Virus record (IMG/VR): IMGVR_UViG_3300021963_000029
Coordinates: 116,815 to 180,814 of that record
DNA length: 64,000 nt
Reading direction: 5' to 3' (one strand)
Origin: a virus
Position 1 is the first letter of the stretch, and each line of letters opens with the position of its first letter. A program made the translations under genes and the position numbers. The notes beneath the pieces are model-generated. The model made no database searches. It saw only the letters and a program-made list of their open reading frames with translations, and had not been told where the DNA came from. Of this stretch, positions 34,779 to 43,932 are shown one piece after another.

Positions 34779-35530
34779 GAGTGAAACTCTTTGTACTGCC
34801 TTTGTTTATCCTTTTTCTGTTCTTTCTTAAGTAACTTATTGACTTTCTTCAAGGACTGACTTTTCTCAAAAGCAAAGTATATCTGTAGTTCATATGGGGT
34901 AAGATCTCTACTCAGGAGTTTCTTACCCCTTACAAATATCTGTTGAACTACAGGTTTCATTTTGTTTACCATCCATTCCACCAAAGATTTGCCAATAAGA
35001 GCCGCAGCAACAGAGGCAGTAGCAGTAGTCCCAGCAAGAATAACCTGCTCTTTAGGTGGGATGGGGACTTGTCCAATAATTGGAACTTCAATTACAGGAA
35101 CTCCTAAGTTATTAGATGGTGGCAATCCATCAGAAGACTCTTGAGAGGGTGGGGGTTGAACAACCTGAGGCAGTTGAGGTACAGGGGTAGCATCAGGAAG
35201 TCCCCTATTTTTTTCTTGTTGTTCCTCTTCTTTCTTCTTTTGTTCTGCTTTTACAGCAGCATCAAACTCTTCCTGTGTTGGCACATCAATCACAGGATAA
35301 TTTATTGAAGGGTCTGGTGCCCTAAAAATAGGCAGTGTCAGACCCTGTGTTACAGGAAACTCAAACTTCTGGGCGGGTAGACGCTCTACTGTAGTCTGGG
35401 GAATCCCCTGGATCACAGTTGGGGCAACCTGCTGTTGAGGTATCTGCTGCTGCGATATCTGCTGGAGGTTCTGGTTCTGGAGTGGGTTCAACTCCTGTGA
35501 TATTGGGCTCCCTACGAGTTTGATCTCCAT
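34775..35530 (-). CDS. Pro/Gln-rich protein with C-terminal hydrophobic segment
   Basis: SD AAGGAG 9 nt upstream of MEIK; overlaps upstream ORF by 170 nt. Confidence 0.65.
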   Translation of the reverse strand: MEIKLVGSPISQELNPLQNQNLQQISQQQIPQQQVAPTVIQGIPQTTVERLPAQKFEFPVTQGLTLPIFRAPDPSINYPVIDVPTQEEFDAAVKAEQKKKEEEQQEKNRGLPDATPVPQLPQVVQPPPSQESSDGLPPSNNLGVPVIEVPIIGQVPIPPKEQVILAGTTATASVAAALIGKSLVEWMVNKMKPVVQQIFVRGKKLLSRDLTPYELQIYFAFEKSQSLKKVNKLLKKEQKKDKQRQYKEFHS

Positions 35531-35732
35531 CTTTATCATCTCCTTTCTTCAGAGTGTCAACTCCAAAGGTTGCAGCTGCAGCAGTAAATACTGTAGCAAT
35601 AAATGTTGGGTCCATCTTAGCAAGAAGACCAGCATAAGATGCAGTGAGTAATGCTGCACTCCAGCTCAATACAGTAATTCTAACAATAGTGCTCATACAT
35701 CTTTCCTTTTTCTGTGGCGTATCGCTCATCAT
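35361..35732 (-). CDS. Two-TM membrane protein (holin-like candidate)
   Basis: Two hydrophobic segments then acidic tail; late motif CTAAATA at 35755. Confidence 0.6.
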   Translation of the reverse strand: MMSDTPQKKERCMSTIVRITVLSWSAALLTASYAGLLAKMDPTFIATVFTAAAATFGVDTLKKGDDKDGDQTRREPNITGVEPTPEPEPPADIAAADTSTAGCPNCDPGDSPDYSRASTRPEV

Positions 35733-35763
35733 TCTATGAATGAAGTTTCCTCTATATTTAGGA

Positions 35764-37395
35764 TTAGAATCTAAATTTAACTTTAACTGCTGCTGAGTTG
35801 TTTGTTAATCCATCAGCAACAGAATGAGTTCCCTCCACATATAGTACTTCTTTAACATCTATTGATGCAGTTGCACTATATGAATTGTCTGTAGCATAGG
35901 ATCCTTCTACACTCACTCCAATTACATCTTTCTTCTTGCCCCCAAATCTGGTTTCAAGTTTAAGACCTGCTTCACCAACATGAGTAGTTTCATTAACTGC
36001 TTCTACAGTTCTTGCTGATTCAGGAGAACCAGTTTCTGTATAAGCATCTCTTTTGATATTAGAAACAGTATAACCTAAGAATGGTTTAAACCATCCAGAG
36101 TTATTCACATACAATCTATTGTTAACCCACCATTGCTGACCATCAACCTTAGACCAATTACCAAACAGATACTCAACAGTTCTAGCAACATCATACTTAT
36201 CTTGAGAAGCACCAGCATTTGTAACAAGTGCTACATCTCTACCATGGAAACTATTAAAGATTCCCACATGCTGTCTCTTAAGGTGTGAGATGCTATCTAC
36301 ACCTTTGAGTTCAGAATAGATATCATTATATTGTGCGCCAACAGTCCATCCTTTTGTAAGTGCTAACTCTACACCACCACCAAATACTGTTGATTGTGCT
36401 TCATAACCATCAGCATTATAGGAATGCATGAATCTATTAGTTTCAAATATCCTAAACTTTTTCTTGTGGTTGACCAGTGGTTCATGATTAAGTGTGTTAT
36501 TGACAGCACCACTGATACCATCAAGAACTTCTAATTGATCAATACGACCAGAATATTCAGCATACTGATGAGAAACTGCAGACTGACTTGAACTACTTGT
36601 GGTAACTACTGGTGTTCCATTTGTGACTACAGTTGAGTTATCACTGTAAGTATCAGTAGTGACTGGTGTTGTTGTGGTAGTTGTTACTGTTGTAGCAGTG
36701 ACTGTGGTAGCAGCATCAAAGTTAAGTTTTTGTTTTCCACCACTCTCTGAAGTTGCATGAGTGATAACAGTGTTTGATGTAAATGTAGGAGCACCAACAT
36801 TTAAAACAACATTGTTAGTAACAACAGAACTTACAAGTGTTGGTGGTGGAGGTGTACCTCCAGTTTCATAAATGTCAAGGACTCCATTATTGTTAGCATC
36901 ACCAGAAAGAAGACCAGCAGATAAAGTTACAGTTCCTGTGCGAATAACTTGTGATGATGGATCCCAATCCATCGTTGGTTGAGCAATAGGATTATAAGTG
37001 AATTGATAGTCTCCTGCTGTTAAACCATTAAAGGTTACACCCTGCCAGGTGTAACTCTGAGTTATTCCATAAGCTGCTGATGGATCTCCATAAGGGATTA
37101 AGTTAGTTCCATCAGACATAAAATAGTTTGTACCAGGAATTAATCCTGTTGGTTCAGTATTTGAAAGTAAAGTCCAGTTAACTGTTGTTGGTGAAAATGC
37201 AGTTCCATTGACACCTTGAAGAGTCATAGAACCTTCTGTAAAATTAGTTCCAGCGTGCCAGGAACCATACCAGAAAGTTACTGTTCCATTGCCCCCACCA
37301 ACATATCCTAAAGAGTTGGTGTGTGCTAATGCTGCTGTTGGCACTCCAAATAAGAGCACAGAGGTCGCAGCAAGCGCCTTTTGTGTGATAGACAT
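35764..37395 (-). CDS. Autotransporter-like outer-membrane protein
   Basis: Signal peptide (..PTAALA-H), Thr/Gly-rich passenger, alternating beta C-domain ending VKVKFRF. Confidence 0.7.
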   Translation of the reverse strand: MSITQKALAATSVLLFGVPTAALAHTNSLGYVGGGNGTVTFWYGSWHAGTNFTEGSMTLQGVNGTAFSPTTVNWTLLSNTEPTGLIPGTNYFMSDGTNLIPYGDPSAAYGITQSYTWQGVTFNGLTAGDYQFTYNPIAQPTMDWDPSSQVIRTGTVTLSAGLLSGDANNNGVLDIYETGGTPPPPTLVSSVVTNNVVLNVGAPTFTSNTVITHATSESGGKQKLNFDAATTVTATTVTTTTTTPVTTDTYSDNSTVVTNGTPVVTTSSSSQSAVSHQYAEYSGRIDQLEVLDGISGAVNNTLNHEPLVNHKKKFRIFETNRFMHSYNADGYEAQSTVFGGGVELALTKGWTVGAQYNDIYSELKGVDSISHLKRQHVGIFNSFHGRDVALVTNAGASQDKYDVARTVEYLFGNWSKVDGQQWWVNNRLYVNNSGWFKPFLGYTVSNIKRDAYTETGSPESARTVEAVNETTHVGEAGLKLETRFGGKKKDVIGVSVEGSYATDNSYSATASIDVKEVLYVEGTHSVADGLTNNSAAVKVKFRF

Positions 37396-37482
37396 AAAAA
37401 TACAGTGGTGTTGGTTATTGTGATTCTCTAGAATCTACAAAGACCAACCCACTGTGGAGTGGTTCAACTCAATGGTTGAAAC

Positions 37483-37489
37483 TATTTAG
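37483..37489 (-). promoter_or_regulatory. T4-type late promoter
   Basis: CTAAATA immediately after the lysozyme stop. Confidence 0.55.
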
Positions 37490-38161
37490 TTATCCCTTCT
37501 TCCAAGCTTCCCCTTCTGCTTTTCTTCTTCTAGCAAGACCTGCCTCTACATTTGAACCAGGATTTCTGTAAAGATATAAAGCATCAGGAACTTGATCCCA
37601 TTCCTTATTCTTCAGGCGTTTAGTAATAGTATTAAAGTTATCACCACCGTAAAAACCGGCACCAAGATTATAAGCAAAGCTGAGCAGAGCGCCTCTTTTT
37701 CCATCTGACATTTCACTCCAATGTGGGATTTTTCTAAGGGATGGGAGAAACTGATTCTTGCACTGACTAATCAACAACTCATCTGCTTCCTGTTGAGTGA
37801 TTGTGTCACCCATTTGGAATGGAGATCCATCCTTTTTACGAGTTGATCCCCAGCCAATTGTGATTGGAAGTCCACCTGTAAGAGGATCAGGGTATGCCTT
37901 GAGATGGCATCCCTCAAATTCCTTGATGAGTTTAATGCCTGTCATAGGCATATCATCACCACCTGCAACAGGAGCAGAAGCTGCAGCAGCAGGAGCTGGT
38001 GCAGCATTACCCTTTTTTCCTCTGTAGATCTCCGCCCAGTCAACATTGTCCTCAAGGAACTTAACCGGTAGGTTATCCTCTAACCACTGTACTGCTTTAA
38101 CATGATTAGGGTTCTTCTCATCATAGAATTTGAAGAAGTTGTGTAAATCTATTCTTGCCAT
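37490..38161 (-). CDS. Endolysin, GH24 phage lysozyme with N-terminal accessory domain
   Basis: LIKEFEGCHLKAYPD..TIGWG..ALLSFAYNLG..GLARRRKAE. Confidence 0.92.
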   Translation of the reverse strand: MARIDLHNFFKFYDEKNPNHVKAVQWLEDNLPVKFLEDNVDWAEIYRGKKGNAAPAPAAAASAPVAGGDDMPMTGIKLIKEFEGCHLKAYPDPLTGGLPITIGWGSTRKKDGSPFQMGDTITQQEADELLISQCKNQFLPSLRKIPHWSEMSDGKRGALLSFAYNLGAGFYGGDNFNTITKRLKNKEWDQVPDALYLYRNPGSNVEAGLARRRKAEGEAWKKG

Positions 38162-38175
38162 TGTTTGTTCTCCTA

Positions 38176-38847
38176 TCAGTCGAAAATTCTTCCCCAACCA
38201 TCGTTGCCACCTGGACACCAACGATGCTTAAGAACTGCTTTTGTGTAAATGGTCTTCTTACCATTTGTCACTGGACCAGTATAGTTATCATTCAGAGAAC
38301 CATATGGATCATTGACATAATATCCTTTGCCATCTGGAGTCTTTCCAATTACAACACACATGTGCCCACCAGTAGGTGCAGAAAGAGAACCCCTATGGAG
38401 TATGCCAATAACAACGGGCTTTCCAGAGTCCAAACTTTTATCAATATCAGCAAAAGATAGATTGTAACTAAAGTGTGACTTAACACCATAACCTGCCAAA
38501 ACCTTCGTCTGTACGGCATGGTCAGTTGTATCGCCAATTGCAAATACTTTCTTAACATATTCGTCATCGCCTTTGATTGAACCAGGCTTTAGAAAAGCAA
38601 GACACATAGCACAAGAAGAACTGTTACAAGTTCTGTGTGCATCTCTGTAGTTGTCTACTTGGTTAAAGTATGGAACTGCAAGAACCTCTGGAGTTGGTGG
38701 TTTGGTTCTGAAAATTCCAATCCAATCTGTCTCTGAATCATCCATGAATTCAGCAGGGAGGTTATCCTCTAACCACTGTACTGCTGCTACATGATTCGCA
38801 TTACCATCATCATAATACTTGAAAAAGTTATGAAGATCTAAAGTCAT
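38176..38847 (-). CDS. C39-like cysteine peptidase with the same N-terminal domain
   Basis: LAVPYFNQ..TCNSSSCAM..GGHMCVVIG..YVNDPYG; CTAAATA at 38870. Confidence 0.85.
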   Translation of the reverse strand: MTLDLHNFFKYYDDGNANHVAAVQWLEDNLPAEFMDDSETDWIGIFRTKPPTPEVLAVPYFNQVDNYRDAHRTCNSSSCAMCLAFLKPGSIKGDDEYVKKVFAIGDTTDHAVQTKVLAGYGVKSHFSYNLSFADIDKSLDSGKPVVIGILHRGSLSAPTGGHMCVVIGKTPDGKGYYVNDPYGSLNDNYTGPVTNGKKTIYTKAVLKHRWCPGGNDGWGRIFD

Positions 38848-38887
38848 TATCCTCGTAATAGCACTGAGCTATTTAGCTTTAGGCATT

Positions 38888-38910
38888 AAAAAACCCCCTA
38901 TAGGGGGTTC
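38888..38910 (-). terminator. Intrinsic terminator (perfect 18-bp palindrome)
   Basis: AACCCCCTATAGGGGGTT followed by T-tract after peroxiredoxin. Confidence 0.75.
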
Positions 38911-38914
38911 ACTA

Positions 38915-39442
38915 TTATACAGGAGAAAGTTCTCTTGTTTTAGATTTCACATATTCAAATACTTTCTCTGGAGTAGTCTCCTCATAAGGGTCTGATGTGG
39001 CATTATCTCTTTGACCACCTTCCAAGAATAGTTTCTCGATGACTCCATTATCCACAACCATAGCATAACGCCAAGAGCGATCACCGAAACCAAGGTTAGA
39101 CTTACTGACAAGCATTCCCATAGAACGTGTGAAGTATGCATTGCCATCTGGGATGAGTTTTACATTCTTGATATTCTGATCTTGTGCCCAGGCATTCATT
39201 ACGAAACCATCATTAACAGAAACACAATAGATGCCATCAATCCCAAGAGCCACAAAATCATCGTACTTCTCTTCAAATCCAGGGAGTTGATAAGCAGAGC
39301 AAGTAGGAGTAAATGCACCAGGGAGAGAGAATACAATAACACGCTTACCATCAAATAGATCAGCAGATGTTCTATTTACAAACTCACCATTTTCTCTGAA
39401 TACAAATTCTACTTGAGGAATTTGGTAACTTTCTTTACGCAT
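38915..39442 (-). CDS. Peroxiredoxin (Prx5/type II)
   Basis: FSLPGAFTPTCS..CVSVNDGFVMNAW..PDGNAYF..RSWRYAMVV; SD GGAGG. Confidence 0.93.
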   Translation of the reverse strand: MRKESYQIPQVEFVFRENGEFVNRTSADLFDGKRVIVFSLPGAFTPTCSAYQLPGFEEKYDDFVALGIDGIYCVSVNDGFVMNAWAQDQNIKNVKLIPDGNAYFTRSMGMLVSKSNLGFGDRSWRYAMVVDNGVIEKLFLEGGQRDNATSDPYEETTPEKVFEYVKSKTRELSPV

Positions 39443-39453
39443 ACTTACCTCCA

Positions 39454-39573
39454 TCAAAAAACTCCAGGAATAATCTGTCCAGTGACAAGATAAGAAACTA
39501 CTCCAGCAACAAATCCAAGCATTGCCAGACGAGCATTGAGGATCTCTGCCTCAGGGGTAAAACCGAATTTCAT
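39454..39573 (-). CDS. hli: High-light-inducible protein (39 aa)
   Basis: [33 protein letters not shown]; missed by ORF track. Confidence 0.92.
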   Translation of the reverse strand: MKFGFTPEAEILNARLAMLGFVAGVVSYLVTGQIIPGVF

Positions 39574-39767
39574 TTTTGTTCTCCTTGATAGGGGTGTTGT
39601 TGTTTAAGGTTTGGATCTGGTTTAGAATCCACTTTTTCTTTTACAGGTTTGATGACAATGAACTTGTCATTCTTTAAAGTGCCTGCCACTTTTACTTCAA
39701 GTTCTAGATTATTCCAATCTAAACTTTGGAGGGCAACACCAAGTTGCCCAAGCATTCCAGCACTCAC
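39570..39767 (-). CDS. Conserved cyanophage hypothetical protein
   Basis: 65-aa ORF coupled to petF and hli. Confidence 0.7.
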   Translation of the reverse strand: MSAGMLGQLGVALQSLDWNNLELEVKVAGTLKNDKFIVIKPVKEKVDSKPDPNLKQQHPYQGEQK

Positions 39768-40057
39768 AGGTTCTCTTCCTGCTCAGTGAGGATCACACAA
39801 TCAGACTTGGGATATGCTACACAAAGGAGAGCAAATCCTTCTGCCATCTGATCATCATCAAGGAAAGATTGTTCTTCATTATCAATCTCACCAGAAACAA
39901 CTTTGCCAGCACATGAAGAACATGCACCTGCTTTACAAGAATAAGGAAGATCAATATCTGCTTCTTCAGCAGCTTCAAGAATATATTGATCTTCAGCACA
40001 CTGAATAGTGGTTTCAGTGCCGTCAGGAGATTGAAGAGTAATATTGTAAGTAGTCAT
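39764..40057 (-). CDS. petF: Plant-type [2Fe-2S] ferredoxin
   Basis: [25 protein letters not shown]. Confidence 0.97.
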   Translation of the reverse strand: MTTYNITLQSPDGTETTIQCAEDQYILEAAEEADIDLPYSCKAGACSSCAGKVVSGEIDNEEQSFLDDDQMAEGFALLCVAYPKSDCVILTEQEENL

Positions 40058-40143
40058 TAGTAAGTTTCGGAAAGTTTTTCTACAGATACTGCCAACAAAA
40101 CAAAGAAGGCAATACTAATAATTGTAAAGATGAATGAAGTCAT
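40057..40143 (-). CDS. 28-aa single-TM peptide
   Basis: [28 protein letters not shown]; TAATG coupling to petF. Confidence 0.55.
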   Translation of the reverse strand: MTSFIFTIISIAFFVLLAVSVEKLSETY

Positions 40144-40156
40144 TGTCAATCAATTG

Positions 40157-40351
40157 TCAGAAGATTCCGAAGAAGAGGTTGCCAGTGAGTACATAAGAAA
40201 GAGCACCAGCAACAATGCCGACCATAGCCCAGCGTCCATTATACTTCTCCTTTACTTGGTTGGGGGTATCCATACCATAGTTTTGATAGTACATGGTAGG
40301 TTCTTTGGCAAACATATTCTGTTGACCAAGTTCATTAGTTGTTACAGTCAT
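40157..40351 (-). CDS. hli: High-light-inducible protein (long N-terminus type)
   Basis: NMFAKEPTMY..KEKYNGRWAMVGIVA..LTG. Confidence 0.88.
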   Translation of the reverse strand: MTVTTNELGQQNMFAKEPTMYYQNYGMDTPNQVKEKYNGRWAMVGIVAGALSYVLTGNLFFGIF

Positions 40352-40378
40352 TTAACTTTTGTTTCAGATTGTTACAAC

Positions 40379-40414
40379 AGTATATAGTAAAAATTAAGGG
40401 GAGTCAAGCTCCCC
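40379..40414 (-). promoter_or_regulatory. Sigma70 promoter with -35 inside a terminator-like hairpin
   Basis: TTGACT-17nt-TATACT; GGGGAG-CTTGA-CTCCCC. Confidence 0.7.
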
Positions 40415-40458
40415 CAGTAGTCATTTATACCTAATATTGTTAGGAGACTCTAACAATA

Positions 40459-40827
40459 TTAGAAGGTATAGCGAACTTTTAGTTCACCACCCATGTCAAA
40501 TACATCCGTCACACCACCAAGTTCACCAGTAACTTTGGCTTTCAGAGCAAGTTTCTCAGCAAGAGGTGCAGTCACACCAACTTCACCAACAGTAACATAT
40601 TCATTACGAACAGAGGTTACAGTATTCCACTCATAACCAGGACCAATTTCAGCATAAACATTTACGCCTCCACCAACAGGTGCTTCATAACCAATACGAA
40701 GTTCAGTTTGGGCACCTTTGTAGTCACCACCAGATAGGGCAGTGGTGGTTTTAGACTCCACATAAGGAGCTGCCATAGCAGGAGCAGAAAGGAGAAGTGC
40801 TGTTGAACTTAAAATAATAGACTTCAT
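40459..40827 (-). CDS. Small outer-membrane beta-barrel-like protein
   Basis: Signal peptide ..APAMA-AP; amphipathic strands; ends KVRYTF. Confidence 0.7.
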   Translation of the reverse strand: MKSIILSSTALLLSAPAMAAPYVESKTTTALSGGDYKGAQTELRIGYEAPVGGGVNVYAEIGPGYEWNTVTSVRNEYVTVGEVGVTAPLAEKLALKAKVTGELGGVTDVFDMGGELKVRYTF

Positions 40828-40850
40828 AAATTGTATTTTTTTCTAAACTA

Positions 40851-40912
40851 TAAAGACAGTCTAAGGTTTCTTAGACTGTCTTTAGAATATAACATTTTCT
40901 TCAGATTGTCAA
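40851..40912 (-). promoter_or_regulatory. Sigma70 promoter followed by perfect 15-bp hairpin
   Basis: TTGACA-17nt-TATTCT; TAAAGACAGTCTAAG-4nt-CTTAGACTGTCTTTA (40851-40884). Confidence 0.65.
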
Positions 40913-41691
40913 CCTATCAGTGGTTCCCAGAATCCATAGAATTCATAATCTAACAATTCTTGTGTTCCAAGTTCTGGTGGTCTATTCTTCCAGAAGTTCA
41001 TAACACCTTCTACATTTTGTTTATGAAATACTTCAATATGATCCTGGTGAATACCAGAATCAAAGTCATACCTATAAGTAAACATAGGCATAGAATAAGT
41101 TACACCAGAGTTGTAGATAATTTCCTCTGATGTTGCTCTAGGTTTGATTTTCTGGTCAAGTCTATACTTGTCTCCTCTAATATGATGCTTGATTAATTTT
41201 TCAGCATGATGTCTAGTAATGACATAAAATGCTGCACAGAAATCATTAATCAATCTTGGGTGTAAGTTAGCCCTAAGATTCTTTGTACTCGTGATTGCAC
41301 ATTGTAATACATCCCAATCATATGGAACAGCAGAAAGATATCCGCCCCAAGTAAAAGGCCAATAAGGGACTGTATCAAATACAATGTCGTCTTCACAAAT
41401 AATAATGTAATCTAAATCTGTATTGTCATAGAAGTGCTTGATAGCCTTCAGATGTGACATTGTACACCCCAGTTCCCCTGGAGTCAATAGGTCTGGGAAT
41501 CTGCCCACAAGAAATTCAGAAACATCATTCTCTCCTCTAGCATCAATAGCAGAAATTCTGGTGTTTTCAATTCCATAAAAGTCAAACAGTTCATTCATAT
41601 GATCCTGTCTGTCAGTCTCTGTATCTAGATTGATCCACAATACAGGACCCATCCCTTTAAGTTTCTTTTTTATTGTAGAAGTATCTGTCAT
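40909..41691 (-). CDS. GT25-family glycosyltransferase
   Basis: WINLD..DRQ..ISAID..GELGCTMSHL..IICEDD. Confidence 0.85.
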   Translation of the reverse strand: MTDTSTIKKKLKGMGPVLWINLDTETDRQDHMNELFDFYGIENTRISAIDARGENDVSEFLVGRFPDLLTPGELGCTMSHLKAIKHFYDNTDLDYIIICEDDIVFDTVPYWPFTWGGYLSAVPYDWDVLQCAITSTKNLRANLHPRLINDFCAAFYVITRHHAEKLIKHHIRGDKYRLDQKIKPRATSEEIIYNSGVTYSMPMFTYRYDFDSGIHQDHIEVFHKQNVEGVMNFWKNRPPELGTQELLDYEFYGFWEPLIG

Positions 41692-42335
41692 GGTTTCCCC
41701 CACTGTGGATATCTATGGTGTTTTAAAAATGTATAATCTACATTTACTTTTTCAATATCTGAATAACTATTCCTTTGCCAAGTTAAGTGGGGAATAATTA
41801 CATATGCATTAATTTCTCTATGTGATTCTGCATAATGCACATCACATGGTTTAGTAATATCAATTAATTTATCAATAAACCTATCAAAAACTTTGCTGCT
41901 AAAAGCAACTGAGTGTGCTGCTAAGGTGTACTCACATTTATAAACATGATCAGAAACCTGCTTGAGGTTCATTCCATGGAAATGCTGTCCACCAAGATAT
42001 AACATATCCCAATCAGATGGAACTTCTGTAATGTATTGAGTGAACAATTCATTGACATTCTCATCAAACTGAATGTCATCTTCTAATAGAAGAAAACTAT
42101 TAAGACCTAATTGCTTGGCATACTTGATGCAAAAGAACTGAGATAGTGCACATCCAACTGCTCCTTCTTTAATCTCTGGAGGGAAATCCAGATTCATTTT
42201 AGCACCTTCAATGCCAGGAACTCTTTCAACATTAAAAGAATGTTTTGCAAATTCTTTCTGTGCTTCTTCCCATCTATCTGGTCTTGAATCTAGATTGATA
42301 CAAAAAGTTCTATCAAAGTAATCAGTTAGAATCAT
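41688..42335 (-). CDS. GT25-family glycosyltransferase
   Basis: FCINLDSRPDRW..GAVGCALS..LLLEDD..WDMLYLGG. Confidence 0.88.
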   Translation of the reverse strand: MILTDYFDRTFCINLDSRPDRWEEAQKEFAKHSFNVERVPGIEGAKMNLDFPPEIKEGAVGCALSQFFCIKYAKQLGLNSFLLLEDDIQFDENVNELFTQYITEVPSDWDMLYLGGQHFHGMNLKQVSDHVYKCEYTLAAHSVAFSSKVFDRFIDKLIDITKPCDVHYAESHREINAYVIIPHLTWQRNSYSDIEKVNVDYTFLKHHRYPQWGKP

Positions 42336-43132
42336 AATGTCTCCCATCCTTCACAATAAAGATCTGATGTATCATGATCCATTAGAGAAGGTCCAAACCA
42401 AATCTTAGGAGCAATAACCTTTTCGCTCTTTGCCAACCATGCTCCCCACCAACTAAAGGAACTGTTAGCAATGATATGATACTTACACATAGACATAAAG
42501 CACATGTCATGCTTAGCAGAATTAGATTGTGATACAAAGAACCTATCTGGATCAAATACACTTTGCATCATACACCAATCAATGTCATCTGAGAATATCA
42601 ACACAGGAACATCTGGAAGTTTTTTCAATGCCTCTATGTAATACTCAATTGGGGGCACTGGATGAAAAGACTGAAGATGGAGATAATCACTTCTTCTAAT
42701 GTGCAAAGAAATCAATTCACTAGTTCCAATTTCATTGGTAATAATATCTTTGCAAGAATTTATAACATCTTCATCAAAGGTAAAGTCTTGTCTAATTTGA
42801 TCTTCAATGTGCTTGAAGTATTTCTCTGATTGAAAATAACCATAAAGATCTACATTATCTTCACAGTTATTAAATAGATACTCATCAAAATGAAATCCAG
42901 ATTCCTTTACCATCTTATTTGGTTCAAGGAATTTATCCACTTTACTAAGATCAAAAGCATTATGGATGTTAGTATCTGAATTCTTTACATTTGGATCACT
43001 AACCCCAAAAGAATATTCAGGAGGAATACAAAACCCAAGTCCTCTGTTAGCAGCAATACCTCTCAAAGAAGCATACTGAAACATTTGATTGCCTAACCTA
43101 CCAAGGTTTCCTAATTGGTTAAAAGAGATCAT
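42332..43132 (-). CDS. Alpha-1,2-fucosyltransferase (GT11)
   Basis: GRLGNQMFQYA..GYFQSEKYF..SLHIRRSDY..IFSDD..IIANSSFSWWGAWL. Confidence 0.92.
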   Translation of the reverse strand: MISFNQLGNLGRLGNQMFQYASLRGIAANRGLGFCIPPEYSFGVSDPNVKNSDTNIHNAFDLSKVDKFLEPNKMVKESGFHFDEYLFNNCEDNVDLYGYFQSEKYFKHIEDQIRQDFTFDEDVINSCKDIITNEIGTSELISLHIRRSDYLHLQSFHPVPPIEYYIEALKKLPDVPVLIFSDDIDWCMMQSVFDPDRFFVSQSNSAKHDMCFMSMCKYHIIANSSFSWWGAWLAKSEKVIAPKIWFGPSLMDHDTSDLYCEGWETL

Positions 43133-43932
43133 TGTAGATAATTAATGTAAATAAAGTCTTCAAGAACTTCAATCTGTTTTACTCTTTCCAGATTGTCTTT
43201 GATAGCATCTAATTTGCTTTGATAGATCTCTTCAGATACTTCAAACTCTTCACTCAATTGAATGATGCCATCTTTGTTGAAATGATCTGCAATGTCAGGA
43301 GATCCCATATAAACAGGGATAGTACCAGTAGCAAAACAATCAAGAATCTTCTCTGTGTAGTATGATTCATAAACTCCATTCTCAATCACAACAGAGAACA
43401 TATAATCACAAAGACCTTGTTCTTTATCTGCAATCTCATTGAAACCTCTACCATAAAGATCTACTTGATCACCAATCCTTTCCACCCATTCAAGTCTAGT
43501 TTTCTGACCTTCAGTAAAAGACTTGTTAGATGAAATCATAGAAATCATTTTAGTCTTTTCATAGATCTTAGGTTCTTTAATCCAGAACCCTTGAGCAGGA
43601 CACCATTTAAATCTTGGATCCAAATCAAGAAGTTCTTTATCATGAGTAAAAATGTACTTGAATACTTTAAAGTATTCTTCTAAGTTAGATTTGATTTCAT
43701 CAGAAATACCTGGAACTACAAATCTAGATTCAAGCAACCATCCATACTTAATACCTTCAACCTTATCAGTGAATGCTTGGTTGATATTTTGATCTACATA
43801 AACAGTCTCATCTGCAGACAGATCAAAGACCCATTCTACATACTTAGATTCTTTACCATGAACTGAGTATCCTTTGTTTCCACCAGTAAGATGTGTAAAG
43901 GAGTTGCCTACTAAATTAATCTTGTGTTTCAT
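43129..43932 (-). CDS. GT10-like (alpha-1,3-fucosyltransferase-type) glycosyltransferase
   Basis: YMFSVVIEN..YYTEKILDCF..TIPVYMG. Confidence 0.75.
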   Translation of the reverse strand: MKHKINLVGNSFTHLTGGNKGYSVHGKESKYVEWVFDLSADETVYVDQNINQAFTDKVEGIKYGWLLESRFVVPGISDEIKSNLEEYFKVFKYIFTHDKELLDLDPRFKWCPAQGFWIKEPKIYEKTKMISMISSNKSFTEGQKTRLEWVERIGDQVDLYGRGFNEIADKEQGLCDYMFSVVIENGVYESYYTEKILDCFATGTIPVYMGSPDIADHFNKDGIIQLSEEFEVSEEIYQSKLDAIKDNLERVKQIEVLEDFIYINYLQ

